Positions 38,305-48,852 are shown, numbered from the stretch's first letter. The stretch: 64,000 nt of DNA from an uncultured bacterium (GCA_902770045.1 CACXRO010000017.1:9369-73368); one strand, 5' to 3'. The notes: generated by a model from the sequence alone, not told the origin. A program made the numbers and translations.

Positions 38305-39582
38305 CTATGGCCTTAATGCGCCTATTGGGCAAACGATTATCCCGTCCTTGCGGCGATAGGCGAAATCGCCAACGGCAGTCAGCACCATCTGAAAAGACGG
38401 CTTCTTCATCTTGCCGTCGTCGATCTTTGCAGAAAGCCTGTTCAATGTTGCAACGCCTTTTTCTATGAGTTCCTTGCCGCCGATTTTTACTTCCACCAGC
38501 GCATAGCGCCCATTGCGCAGATGCAACACTGCGTCGCATTCAAGACCTGATGCATCGAGATAGTGGGCTACCGAACCGGAAAGCGCGTCCATGTAGACGC
38601 GAAGGTCTCTCACGGCCATTGTCTCGAAAAGAAGTCCGTAGGTCTTCAGGTCGTTCATCAGGTCTTCCGGCCCAAGCCCCAATGACGCAACGGCAACGGA
38701 AGGATCCACAAAATAGCGCGTGTCACCGGTTCTTATCGGCGTCTTGCAGCGAAGGTTCGGACACCACGCCGGCATGTCCTCGATAACAAACAGCTTTTTA
38801 AGCGCAGACACATACGACACGACGGTGTCAACCGAGCACGGTCTCGCCTCATTCGCCTCGATATCGGCCTTTATGACGGAATAGGCGGACTGCGTCGCCT
38901 GGAGCCGCGCATACGAGCGCATGATTCGCCTCGCTCGGCCTTCATCCCTGTTTACCTTGTCAACCCGCGATATGTCGCGCTTCACGGTCGCGTCAACATA
39001 GGAAAACGCCCTTTTGAGAGCTACCCTGCCAGAGAGATTGCAAGCGTATGGCCAACCGCCGCGACAAAGAAGGAATGCCAACTCCTCCAAATCCGGGCAT
39101 GCCGATTTCGCGCCGGTGACGTCTTCTCCTGCAAACAAAGCAGATAGACTCGCCTCGCCCGACGACTCGCACGACTCCCACAACGTCATCGGCCTCATCT
39201 TGAGCCAAGAGAAACGCCCTGCTCCGGAATGCCTGATTTCTTCGTCATCCGCAGGAACGGCAGAACCTGTGAGAATGTATCGACCCGGAGCATCCATGTG
39301 ATCGACATTGTAGCGCACGGAATCCCATATTGCCGGAGCCAACTGCCACTCGTCGATAAGCCGCGGATATTCGCCATCAAGTATTCTCTCTGGCTTTGTC
39401 CTGGCAAGGATGATGTTCTCTTCCATCTTGCCAGTCTCGTCGATGTATATCGCACTTTTGGCAGCTTGCTCTGCCGTTGTCGTCTTACCACACCATTTTG
39501 CACCTTCAATAAGAACGGCACCAGCTCCTGACAGTTCCTCTTGGAGAAGTCGGTCACAAATTCTACTTTTATATGATTTCAT
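38305..39582 (-). CDS. AAA_14 ATPase with DUF4143 (PD-(D/E)XK-like) domain
   Basis: IEGAKWCGKTT, LIDEWQLAP, YILTGS, YFVDPS, ECDAVLH, LVEVKIG. Confidence 0.9.
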   Translation of the reverse strand: MKSYKSRICDRLLQEELSGAGAVLIEGAKWCGKTTTAEQAAKSAIYIDETGKMEENIILARTKPERILDGEYPRLIDEWQLAPAIWDSVRYNVDHMDAPGRYILTGSAVPADDEEIRHSGAGRFSWLKMRPMTLWESCESSGEASLSALFAGEDVTGAKSACPDLEELAFLLCRGGWPYACNLSGRVALKRAFSYVDATVKRDISRVDKVNRDEGRARRIMRSYARLQATQSAYSVIKADIEANEARPCSVDTVVSYVSALKKLFVIEDMPAWCPNLRCKTPIRTGDTRYFVDPSVAVASLGLGPEDLMNDLKTYGLLFETMAVRDLRVYMDALSGSVAHYLDASGLECDAVLHLRNGRYALVEVKIGGKELIEKGVATLNRLSAKIDDGKMKKPSFQMVLTAVGDFAYRRKDGIIVCPIGALRP

Positions 39583-39770
39583 GCGTGGATTATAGCATAT
39601 TAATGAGTAAGCCGTCAATGACCAATCCTCAAATTATTGCATTCTCGTTCCTCAATTTGTTGGCTTAATATTCCTTGATTTGTTGGCATTTCGTTCGGCG
39701 CTTTGGCGCGTTTTCGTTCGGCGCTTTGGCGCAATTGGGCTCCACTTCAGGGACTGTCCCCCACATTCTG

Positions 39771-40167
39771 CGGCGACGGTCATCGCGAGGACGTCGGCGA
39801 TGTTCTTGCCGGCGTAGGCGACTTCAAGCGTTTCGGCGTTGAAGCGGCGGCCGCCGCACTGCTCGCAGGTGACGTAGACGTCCGGGAGAAAGCTCATTTC
39901 AAGCTTGCGCACGCCGTCCCCGCCGCAGACCTCGCAACGTCCGCCCTTCACGTTGAAGGAGAAGCGCCCGGCGGTGTAGCCACGCGCGCGCGCGGCCTCG
40001 GTCTTGGCGAAGAGCTCGCGGATCTCGGAGAAGAAGCCGACGTAGGTCGCGGGATTGGAACGCGGGGTGCGGCCGATCGGCGACTGGTCGATCTCGACGA
40101 TCTTGTCGAAGTTCTCGGCGCCGGCGAGCTTGGCGAAACGACCCGGGACGTCCTTGGCGCGGTAGAA
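39771..40167 (-). pseudogene. Stranded ~397-bp internal fragment of a divergent uvrA allele
   Basis: Ungapped alignment to 43711..44107 with about 37 mismatches by manual count (~91%), mostly synonymous. Confidence 0.9.
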
Positions 40168-40188
40168 AGAGCTGCGGGGTCTGTCCCC

Positions 40189-40610
40189 GATGAATGACCA
40201 CTTGGGAAACAAAGGAAATACGGCAGTCCCGTCTGAGAATGTATCCACACGATTGCACGAAGGGCATGATTGCCATCTTTCGTCAACACTGTAATGCGAA
40301 CTTCCCAGATCTTGTCTCCGATCTTTGCGTAATCCTTTACAGAAAAACCAAGCTCAACTAGAATCGTTTTTGAAGGACCTTCCATTGCCGAGAGACCTGA
40401 TGACTTATGAAAATATGCATCCATCGCAAGGCGTGACGCACATTCTGCGTCTGAAACCAGTGCGCCAGGAAGTTTGACCGTCGAGGCCTCATGAAATACT
40501 GGAAGCAACAAATTTCCTCCTGACAGCAATGGCCCGCACGCCAGCAAAACCACGAGAAATGTTAAGATCGAACGCCACCGCATCCACTCTTTCAGATTGC
40601 TATCTGTCAT
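40189..40610 (-). CDS. Secreted partner protein (3' end cut at a REP-like motif)
   Basis: Overlaps the upstream effector stop. Signal-like [17 protein letters not shown]. Native sequence ends at about FPSGHS, where GGGGTCTGTCCCC and the uvrA relic begin. Confidence 0.55.
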
Positions 40611-43248
40611 ATCGCACCTCCCGAATTTCCAATCCTGGTTGATTACTCTTTATGAGTAAAACATTGACAATAACTTTCAAATCAATTTTGTCGCCATCAT
40701 CATTCAAGTCGCAATTTACCATAGGTTCATCAATAGGCAACTGAAATGGGCCAATATAGAAACCATCTATTGACTGCGCTTCGAGTTCTTCAAGACTAGA
40801 GTACTGTACTCCATACGAAGGATCGTAATATTTGCCTTCGATAACCACTTGGTGATTATTGAACAACGATGCCGGATTGTGATTCCCCTGTCCTGGAATG
40901 CCAACGGCATCGTTTACTTCTGCATATTTCCACCGATACTCCGTCAAACCAATAAACCCGGAATCCAATATATTCAAGTACGGATACTGGGGGTAGCCAC
41001 TCAAACCCACCCCAGAAAAAGTCCAGTTCTTTACCAAGAAGCCAACATAGTTCTGCGGAATTCCAGGCGGAGCAATTGGGTAGAACACAACATATTCATT
41101 TTTGTCGTCAATACCTTGAACCTTACGCAAATCTATAAACAAGGAAGCCCACGCCCCACACTGGCCATCTCCATGCAACAGAAGAGTTGCTGTGTCCACA
41201 TTAGCGCAATTATATGATGCGTAATATGTAAGTTGTACTCCATCAACCCTTCGGACATCCCGATCAGTAAACTCGTCCCAAATTTTTGCCGTGCAATTTT
41301 GCGCCGACACCTCGCCTTGTGCGTTTCTACAGCCGATATGTGCAAGCGTGTGATATACAGTTGTTAGCGGATCGCCGAGTGTGATGTAAGTTTGGTTGCT
41401 GCATGTCCCGCCATCTAGCCATGTCTTCAATCCGTTCATGCTTATTGAAATGCTCCAGTCAATCAGCATCGGGTCAAAGAAATCTACCTTATTGGCGAAC
41501 GGAATGTCGCATTCCAAGTCTACAATCGTCAATTGATTCCCATTTTTCATTACTGCCGTCTCAGGAAAATCAAGTCCATTGGGACCATCACCCTTTACGG
41601 TAATCGCCCAAGGCAGCTCCGAAGGCTCGACTATCCACTTTGCGGATACTTTCATTTTCGAATTCCGAGTAAAACATACTGGATAAGCCCTGTCTCCCGC
41701 GTCGGAAGCGTCACCATCCAGCGGAAATGAATTATCCTGCCAATGCGGTGCCGTATAATTCATGCTCCCGTCATCTTTTGTGACAAGGTGATACTTTGCC
41801 CCGCCAAAGGTCACCTCCTTGAGATTTAGTTTTATGCATGTATACTTCGCCATATCCTTCGCCCCGCTATCTGGATGTTCTATCTGGATTATTTCATCTC
41901 TACATGTACCCGACACAGTATGTCCATGAAGGGCGAACTCCTGACCCGCCAGGATACGAGCCGGAAAGTCGAATTCCACTGGCATCTCGTAGTACTTACC
42001 GCTGCGCTTTACATACAATGATTTCTCCGGAGTAGTTATCGTCACAACCTCTCCATCCGGCAGGTCGCGCGGCTCGCAGGTGATAGACACTGCGACAAGG
42101 GCATTCGTCCCCTCCTCGGTCCACCGCCCGTCCGCCGCGTCCGCGACATAAGGAATGAACGCGCCCTCGGTCTCCTCCTTGTCCTCTCCGACGCCGCCGA
42201 TCGTGACGTCGACCTTCACGACCGTGAAGTTGGTGGTGCACGTCGCCGAGTCCGAGTGGCCGGAGCCGTCGGAAACCGTCGCCGACACTGTCAGCGGCTC
42301 CGCAAGAAACGCGGCGCTGGCGGTGTCGTTGCTGGGCGCGAAGTAGCTCGCCTCCGCCGTGTCCGTGCGCCCGGTGAACGAGCAGATGCCGCAGTCCGAC
42401 CAGGAATAGGACGTGCCGTCCGCCGCCGGGTCGACCAGCGCGGCCGCGACGTTGACGACCGGGCTGGCCCTCCCGGCGTCCGTCCGGTCGAGTCCAAGGT
42501 AGTCGGGCCGCGAGACCGACAGCTCGTGGACGTCGACAACGGAATTGGTTGCCGCGCTGCAGACGCATCTGGAGCAGTCGTTGGACCCGACCACGCGGAA
42601 GGATATCCTCTGCCCCACGCCCTTGGCCATCGGCCCGGCCCAGACCGAAGCCGGAACGACGACGCCGGCGCCGGCCGCCCTCCAGCCATAGGACGTCGGA
42701 TACGTGTCGATGTATTCCTTCACCACCTGTGGGTTGTGCGTGGCTCCGCATATCGGGCACGGGTGCCATGTCGTCACGATCACATGCACCCCGTTGGTCA
42801 CCACCTCCACTGCCGAAGAAACCGAGACCTCCGTGTTGGTCTCCGGGAGCGCGTACAGCCTGACGATCTTCTCCTCGGAGACCGTCGCGCGGATCTTCGG
42901 GGCCGAGACGTGGTTGGTGACTACGGTACACGAAAACACGCAGTCCTCGTAGGGGATGTGCTCCTCGTCCTCGCCGAGGACGCTCGTGGCGCGGAATGCG
43001 CCGCGCTCCCCGGGGCGGTGGACGAAGGAGACCGACCTCCGCCCGTCCACGCGCCAGCCCACGCGGGCGTCGACCCTGACCGGCACCGGCGAAGTCGCGT
43101 TCGAGAAGTGGATGCGCCCGTCTCCAGCGGCCCGGACGCCAGGCGCGTCGACGACGACAAACGAATTGGCCGCGCGGTCCGCGACGAAGGACCGCGACCG
43201 CCGCCCGCCATGCGGCGGAGGGCCTGCCGGAGAGCTTCTGCCTGACAA
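40600..43248 (-). CDS. Large modular secreted-type protein with C-terminal transglutaminase-like (Cys-His-Asp) domain; 5' end disrupted
   Basis: DGQCGAWA, FNNHQVV and YYDPSYG motifs. High-GC 5' half and low-GC 3' half. The promoter-proximal ATG (43258) is in a different frame. Confidence 0.65.
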   Translation of the reverse strand: MSGRSSPAGPPPHGGRRSRSFVADRAANSFVVVDAPGVRAAGDGRIHFSNATSPVPVRVDARVGWRVDGRRSVSFVHRPGERGAFRATSVLGEDEEHIPYEDCVFSCTVVTNHVSAPKIRATVSEEKIVRLYALPETNTEVSVSSAVEVVTNGVHVIVTTWHPCPICGATHNPQVVKEYIDTYPTSYGWRAAGAGVVVPASVWAGPMAKGVGQRISFRVVGSNDCSRCVCSAATNSVVDVHELSVSRPDYLGLDRTDAGRASPVVNVAAALVDPAADGTSYSWSDCGICSFTGRTDTAEASYFAPSNDTASAAFLAEPLTVSATVSDGSGHSDSATCTTNFTVVKVDVTIGGVGEDKEETEGAFIPYVADAADGRWTEEGTNALVAVSITCEPRDLPDGEVVTITTPEKSLYVKRSGKYYEMPVEFDFPARILAGQEFALHGHTVSGTCRDEIIQIEHPDSGAKDMAKYTCIKLNLKEVTFGGAKYHLVTKDDGSMNYTAPHWQDNSFPLDGDASDAGDRAYPVCFTRNSKMKVSAKWIVEPSELPWAITVKGDGPNGLDFPETAVMKNGNQLTIVDLECDIPFANKVDFFDPMLIDWSISISMNGLKTWLDGGTCSNQTYITLGDPLTTVYHTLAHIGCRNAQGEVSAQNCTAKIWDEFTDRDVRRVDGVQLTYYASYNCANVDTATLLLHGDGQCGAWASLFIDLRKVQGIDDKNEYVVFYPIAPPGIPQNYVGFLVKNWTFSGVGLSGYPQYPYLNILDSGFIGLTEYRWKYAEVNDAVGIPGQGNHNPASLFNNHQVVIEGKYYDPSYGVQYSSLEELEAQSIDGFYIGPFQLPIDEPMVNCDLNDDGDKIDLKVIVNVLLIKSNQPGLEIREVRYDR

Positions 43249-43282
43249 GGAACTTCATGTGTGAATTATACCATAATTGCGG

Positions 43283-46183
43283 TCAAAGGTATTTGGCGGT
43301 GAAGGACTCTTTGCAGGCGCGGACCTGGTCGATCGGGCCTTCGCAGACGACGCGGCCGCCGGCGTCGCCGCCGCCGGGGCCGAGGTCGACGATCCAGTCG
43401 GCGCACTTCATGACGTCGGTGTTGTGCTCGATCACGATCACCGTGTTGCCCTGGTCCCGGAGGCGCAGGAGAAGCTTCATCAGCTTGGCGACGTCGTCGA
43501 AGTGGAGCCCGGTGGTGGGCTCGTCGAGGAGGTAGAGCGTGCGTCCGGTCGAGCGCCGCGAAAGCTCCGTCGCGAGCTTGATGCGCTGGGCCTCGCCGCC
43601 GGAGAGGGTGGTGGCGCTCTGCCCGAGCTGGATGTAGCCGAGGCCGACGTCGTCGAGGGTGGCGAGCTTCCGCGCAAGCGAGGGAATCTTCGCAAAAAAG
43701 TCCTTCGCCTCGGCGACGGTCATCGCCAGGACGTCGGCGATGTTCTTGCCGGCGTAGGCGACTTCCAGCGTCTCGGCGTTGAAGCGACGGCCTCCGCACT
43801 GCTCGCAGGTGACGTAGACGTCGGGCAGGAAGCTCATCTCCAGCTTGCGCACGCCGTCGCCGCCGCAGACCTCGCAGCGCCCGCCCTTGACGTTGAAGGA
43901 GAAGCGCCCCGCGGTGTAGCCGCGCGCGCGCGCCGCCTCGGTCTTGGCGAAGAGCTCGCGGATCTCGGAGAAGAACCCGACATAGGTGGCGGGATTGGAG
44001 CGCGGGGTGCGGCCGATCGGCGACTGGTCGATCTCGACGACCTTGTCGAAGTGCTCCGCGCCGGTAAGCTTCGCGAACTTCCCCGGAACCTCCCGCGAGC
44101 GGTAGAAGCGGCGCATGAGCGCGCGCTTGAGCGTCTCGTCGACGAGCGTCGACTTGCCGGAGCCGGAGACGCCGGTTACCACCGTGAACGCGCCGACGGG
44201 GAAGTGCGCGGTGATGTTCTTGAGATTGTGCTCGCGACAGCCGGAGATGGTGAGGTGGTTTAGTGGTTTGGCAGTTTGGTGGGATAACACACGGATTTGT
44301 TCGCGACTAACGTCGCTCACATTTTCAGAATCGCGAGGTTGAATCTTCTTCCTGCCTGTCAAATAGTCGGCAGTGAGCGACTTCGCCTTGAGAAGTCCCT
44401 TGAACGGGCCCTGGTACATCACCTTGCCGCCTTCGCGGCCGGCGCCGGGACCGAGGTCGACAATCCAGTCCGCCGCGCGCATCATCTCTTCGTCGTGCTC
44501 GACGACGACGACGGTGTTGCCGCGGTCGCGGAGCCCCTTGAGGGCGGAGATGAGCCGATCGTTGTCCCGCGGGTGGAGCCCGATCGTCGGCTCATCGAGG
44601 ACGTAGAGGACCCCGGTCAGACCCGAGCCGATCTGCGTTGCCAGGCGGATGCGCTGCATTTCGCCGCCGGAAAGCGACGAGGCCGCGCGGTCGAGGGTGA
44701 GGTAGTCGAGCCCGACGTCAAGCAGGAACTGGAGGCGACGGCAGATCTCCGCCACGATTTCGCCCAGCCCCGAAAGGTTTGTTGCTTGGGGTGCGGTTTT
44801 TTTAGCCGCATAGGACGCAAAGGTCGCAAAGGGTGCGTTCTCTGCGTTCTTTGCGTTCTTTGCGGCTAAACACAACCCATTGAAGAAGGCTAGGGCTTCG
44901 CCGACCGGCATCGCCATTACCTCGACGATGGTCCTGCCGGCGACGGTGGCGGCACGGGAGAACTCGTTGAGGCGGGCGCCGTGGCAGGTCGGGCAGGTGC
45001 GGTAGCTCTGGTACGTCTCCCACTTCGCGCGCGTCTCCTCGTCCTCCGCCTCCTCGAGCCGCTTCTGCAGCGTGGCGAGGACGCCCTCGAAGGGACGGTC
45101 GACGGAGCGCCAGGGCAGAATCAGGTCGTCCTTGAACCCGTGCATCAGGTCGTGGCGGAACTTGGCGGGCAGCTTTTCGTAGGGAGTGGAGAGCTTCACC
45201 TTGTACTGGCGCGCAATCTGCTCCAGGAGCGCGTTGTAGTACATGATCGCGTTGTGTCCGGCGCGGCGCCAGGGGTGGATGCACTCGCGCAGCGGGAGCG
45301 TGCGGTCTGGCACCACCAGCTCCTCGTCGAAGTAGTAGAGGTGGCCGAGGCCGGAGCAGGTCGGGCACGCGCCGTAGGGCGAGTTGAAGGAGAACGACCG
45401 CGGCTTCAATTCGTCGAAGGAAAGTCCGCACTCGACGCAGGCGTTGAGCTCGGAGAACACGGTCGGACGGTCGGGCTTGTCCGCCAGCTCCACCGACATC
45501 ACGCCCTTGCCGGTCTTGAGGGCCAGCTCTACCGAGTCGGTGAGGCGGGTGCGGTCGCAGGGAAGGACAATCCGGTCGACGACGACGTCGATCGTGTGGG
45601 CCTTCTTCTTGTCGAGCGCCGGGACCTCGTCGATCGGATACACCGTGCCGTCGACGCGCACGCGGGCGAACCCGTTGCGCGCGAGCGCGGCAATCGTCTC
45701 CTCGTGGCGTCCCTTCTTGCCCTTGACGACCGGCGCGTAGAGGATTATCCGGCCCGGCTCTCCGGCGGCGAGGGTGTCCACTATCTGTTCGGCGGACTGG
45801 CGGGTCACCGGCCGGCCGCACTTCGGGCAGTGGGGCGTCGCGGCGGATCCGTAGAGGATGCGCAGGTAGTCGTGGATCTCGGTGACGGTGGCGACGATCG
45901 AGCGCGGGTTGCCGCTGGTGGTGCGCTGCTCGATCGAGATCGCGGGCGAGAGGCCCTCGATGCGCTCGACGTCCGGCTTCTGCATCCGGTCGAGGAACTG
46001 CCGCGCGTAGGCCGAGAGCGACTCCACGTAGCGGCGCTGGCCTTCGGCGTAGAGGGTGTCGAAGGCGAGGGACGACTTGCCCGAGCCGGAGAGCCCGGTG
46101 ACCACGGTGAGCGAGTCGCGGGGGATGACGACGTCCACGCCCTTGAGGTTGTGGACCTTCGCGTTCCTGATGGTGATGTCCAT
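43283..46183 (-). CDS. uvrA: Excinuclease ABC subunit A
   Basis: Two ABC cassettes (GLSGSGKSS; GVSGSGKST), LSGGEMQRI and [10 protein letters not shown], zinc fingers. Two repeat-derived in-frame inserts. Confidence 0.98.
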   Translation of the reverse strand: MDITIRNAKVHNLKGVDVVIPRDSLTVVTGLSGSGKSSLAFDTLYAEGQRRYVESLSAYARQFLDRMQKPDVERIEGLSPAISIEQRTTSGNPRSIVATVTEIHDYLRILYGSAATPHCPKCGRPVTRQSAEQIVDTLAAGEPGRIILYAPVVKGKKGRHEETIAALARNGFARVRVDGTVYPIDEVPALDKKKAHTIDVVVDRIVLPCDRTRLTDSVELALKTGKGVMSVELADKPDRPTVFSELNACVECGLSFDELKPRSFSFNSPYGACPTCSGLGHLYYFDEELVVPDRTLPLRECIHPWRRAGHNAIMYYNALLEQIARQYKVKLSTPYEKLPAKFRHDLMHGFKDDLILPWRSVDRPFEGVLATLQKRLEEAEDEETRAKWETYQSYRTCPTCHGARLNEFSRAATVAGRTIVEVMAMPVGEALAFFNGLCLAAKNAKNAENAPFATFASYAAKKTAPQATNLSGLGEIVAEICRRLQFLLDVGLDYLTLDRAASSLSGGEMQRIRLATQIGSGLTGVLYVLDEPTIGLHPRDNDRLISALKGLRDRGNTVVVVEHDEEMMRAADWIVDLGPGAGREGGKVMYQGPFKGLLKAKSLTADYLTGRKKIQPRDSENVSDVSREQIRVLSHQTAKPLNHLTISGCREHNLKNITAHFPVGAFTVVTGVSGSGKSTLVDETLKRALMRRFYRSREVPGKFAKLTGAEHFDKVVEIDQSPIGRTPRSNPATYVGFFSEIRELFAKTEAARARGYTAGRFSFNVKGGRCEVCGGDGVRKLEMSFLPDVYVTCEQCGGRRFNAETLEVAYAGKNIADVLAMTVAEAKDFFAKIPSLARKLATLDDVGLGYIQLGQSATTLSGGEAQRIKLATELSRRSTGRTLYLLDEPTTGLHFDDVAKLMKLLLRLRDQGNTVIVIEHNTDVMKCADWIVDLGPGGGDAGGRVVCEGPIDQVRACKESFTAKYL

Positions 46184-46204
46184 GGCGCCGCGTCCCTCCC
46201 GCGC

Positions 46205-47734
46205 CTACTGCAGGTTCTTCAAGTCGAGCGCGAGCAGGAACTGCGGGTTCGACTGGGTCTTCTTGAGCGAGTTCAGCACCGAGCGCATGGCGCTTTCGGT
46301 GCCGGCGGCGGCGAGGTAGCGGCGGAGCGCCCAGGTCTTCTCGAGCTCGAGCGGGTCGAGGAGGAGGTCCTCCTTGCGGGTGCCGGACTTCTCGATGTCG
46401 ATCGCCGGGAAGATGCGCTTGTCGGCGAGGCCGCGGTCGAGCACGATCTCCATGTTGCCGGTGCCCTTGAACTCCTCGAAGATCACCTCGTCCATGCGCG
46501 AGCCGGTGTCGACGAGGCCGGTCGCGATGATGGTGAGCGAGCCGCCGCCCTCGATGTTGCGGGCCGCGCCGAAGAAGCGCTTGGGGCGGTGCATCGCGAG
46601 CGCGTCGACGCCGCCGGTGAGGATCTTGCCGGAGTGCGGCTGCACCGTGTTGTAGGCGCGGGCCATGCGCGTGAGCGAGTCCATGAGGATGATCACGTCG
46701 CGGCCGTTCTCGACCTGGCGCTTGGACATCTCGAGCACCATCTCGGTGACGTTGACATGGTGCTGCGGCTCCTCGTCGAAGGTGGAGGAGAGCACCATCG
46801 CCTTCGTGTTGCGCTGCATGTCGGTGACCTCCTCCGGGCGCTCGTCGATCAGCAGGATGATGAGCATCGCCTCGGGATGGTTCTTCGAGATGGCGTTGGC
46901 CATCTTCTGCAAAAGCACCGTCTTGCCCACGCGCGGCGGCGCGATGATGAGGCCGCGCTGGCCGAAGCCGATGGGCGTGAAGAGGTCGACGACGCGGGTG
47001 GAGAGCTCCTTCGGGTCGGTCTCGAGGATTATCCGGCGCGTCGGGAAGGTGGCGGTGAGGTTCTCGAAGTGGATCACGCGCGCGGCGGCGGACGGCTCCT
47101 TGCCGTTCACCGAGACCACGGCGCCGAGGCAGAAGAAGCGGTCGCGGTCGCGCGGGTCGCGCACCGGTCCCTCGACGATGTCGCCGGTGCGGAGCGCGTG
47201 GCGGCGGATCTGCTGCTGGGTGACGAACACGTCCTCTGGGCAGGCGAGGAAGTTGTTCTTCGCGGAGCGCAGGAAGCCGTGGCCCTCGCGCACGATCTCC
47301 AGGCAGCCGGAGGCGAGCACCGCGCCGCCGCGGGCGAGGTAGGAGCGGATTGCCGCGAAGATGAGCTCGTGCTTGCGGTAGCTGCCGAGCTCCTCGGGGT
47401 CGGCGCCGGGCATCATCCGCTCGACGATCGCGGGCGCTGGCCAGGTCTGGATGTCGGCGAGGCGGTACTCGGGCAAATCCGGGTTGCGGTTGGGGTTGAC
47501 GGCCGGCGCGGCCTCCGCGGCGACTGGCTCGGCCGGGAGCGGCGCGTTGAGGAGCGGATTCACCGACTCCTCGCCGTTTGCCCCGCGGATCGGGGAGTTG
47601 TTGGCCTTCGCCGGGCCGGGCGCGCGGTTGAACTTCTTGAACGTGCGGTACTGTTTGGGCTTTGCCGGCCCGTTCTGGCGAGCGCCGCCCTTGGGAGGCA
47701 CCGCGCCCGCGAAAACATCGAGTTCTTCGGACAT
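46205..47734 (-). CDS. rho: Transcription termination factor Rho
   Basis: [49 protein letters not shown]. Confidence 0.97.
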   Translation of the reverse strand: MSEELDVFAGAVPPKGGARQNGPAKPKQYRTFKKFNRAPGPAKANNSPIRGANGEESVNPLLNAPLPAEPVAAEAAPAVNPNRNPDLPEYRLADIQTWPAPAIVERMMPGADPEELGSYRKHELIFAAIRSYLARGGAVLASGCLEIVREGHGFLRSAKNNFLACPEDVFVTQQQIRRHALRTGDIVEGPVRDPRDRDRFFCLGAVVSVNGKEPSAAARVIHFENLTATFPTRRIILETDPKELSTRVVDLFTPIGFGQRGLIIAPPRVGKTVLLQKMANAISKNHPEAMLIILLIDERPEEVTDMQRNTKAMVLSSTFDEEPQHHVNVTEMVLEMSKRQVENGRDVIILMDSLTRMARAYNTVQPHSGKILTGGVDALAMHRPKRFFGAARNIEGGGSLTIIATGLVDTGSRMDEVIFEEFKGTGNMEIVLDRGLADKRIFPAIDIEKSGTRKEDLLLDPLELEKTWALRRYLAAAGTESAMRSVLNSLKKTQSNPQFLLALDLKNLQ

Positions 47735-47899
47735 GATTGGATTTGTGGTTTGGGGTTGGGGGTTGCCATGCCGCCTGTCGCGATTAGGCTGCTTGCGGCC
47801 AGGCGGCAACAAAGTCATTGGTGCGTATTATACCATATTTCCGGATCGTGATTTTTAGTTTCGTCGAAGTTATAAGTGGTGAAACGGTTTGGGATATTT

Positions 47900-48128
47900 G
47901 GAACTCCGATGGTTGTGGCTCCCGCTACCGCTCCGCGGCTTCGCATCACACAACCACAATCCAGTAGATTGCGTTATTTGGTTTTATATCTGGGGGCAAG
48001 CCCCCAGACCCCTGCGGCGGAGCCGCAGATGTATAACATGGCCATAGTGGCCGTGTAAGACGAATGTCAAATGCTAAGCGCACACCATTCTGCGGAGCGG
48101 TAGCGAGAGCCCCACAGATCGGAGTTTC
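47900..48128. mobile_element. MITE/REP-like non-coding element with ~38-bp imperfect terminal inverted repeats
   Basis: 47900-47937 GGAACTCCGATGGTTGTGGCTCCCGCTACCGCTCCGC versus the reverse complement of 48091-48128. Internal hairpins TCTGGGGGCAAGCCCCCAGA and CTGCGGCGGAGCCGCAG. Confidence 0.55.
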
Positions 48129-48177
48129 AAACACTACGCCGTCGGCACTTCCACAAAATTCTTTGAAGAACTGATTT

Positions 48178-48852
48178 TTACTGGACGAAGTAGTAGAGGC
48201 GCTGGATGTCGAGGGGGAAGAGGTCCGGGATCTTGCCCTCGAGCGCGGCGGCAATGCGGCGGTCGCAGCAGGTGAAGCGCACCTGGGCGCCGAGCGCGTC
48301 CGCGACGGCCTGCGCGTAGGGGACGGACGCAGCGACGTCCTCCGGCCGCGTCTGCTGGCCGAGGTTGGTGTTGTTGACGACGCCGGTGAAGGGGATTCCC
48401 GCGGCGGCCTCGATCTCGCGCAGCGTCGCGACGGCGTCGGCTGGCGTGCGGGTGAGCGGGCGCGACGCGTTCACGACCGCGAGCATGTCGTAGTCGCCCT
48501 CGGCGAGGATGTCGCCGGTCCAGCGGCCGAGAGCGAGCGCGCCGCGGTCGTCGCCGCCGACGTCCATCACCACGTGCGTCGAGCGGTCGGCGACGAGCGC
48601 GTAGATCTCCTTCGGAAGCGCGGGGAAGTCGACGTTCGAGTTGGCGAAGGGCGAGACGACGAGCCCGATGCCCTCCGCGGCGAGCGCCGCGGCACTGTCC
48701 TTGGTGCGGAAATACGGGTTGACGATGTCGAGGTCGGCGATGCACGTCCGCAGACCGGCGCGGGCGAGCGCCCGCGCGTAGTTGAGCGCGATGTTGGTCT
48801 TGCCGCTGCCGTAGTGGCCGGCGAAGATGGTTACTCTGCGGGACGGGTCCAT
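48178..48852 (-). CDS. P-loop ATP-binding protein (MinD/CobQ-like family)
   Basis: AGHYGSGKTN, DLDIVNPYFRT, DVGGDDRGA. Confidence 0.8.
   Translation of the reverse strand: MDPSRRVTIFAGHYGSGKTNIALNYARALARAGLRTCIADLDIVNPYFRTKDSAAALAAEGIGLVVSPFANSNVDFPALPKEIYALVADRSTHVVMDVGGDDRGALALGRWTGDILAEGDYDMLAVVNASRPLTRTPADAVATLREIEAAAGIPFTGVVNNTNLGQQTRPEDVAASVPYAQAVADALGAQVRFTCCDRRIAAALEGKIPDLFPLDIQRLYYFVQ

Noticed and set aside
39689-39732. 21-bp direct repeat pair as a regulatory site
   Set aside because: Only two copies, next to a junction. More likely a leftover low-complexity linker of a lost gene.
41996-43258. 420-aa ORF starting at the promoter-proximal ATG
   Set aside because: Beyond the first few codons it is a low-complexity alternative frame of the 40600..43248 protein. 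Treated as evidence of a disrupted 5' end, not as a gene.
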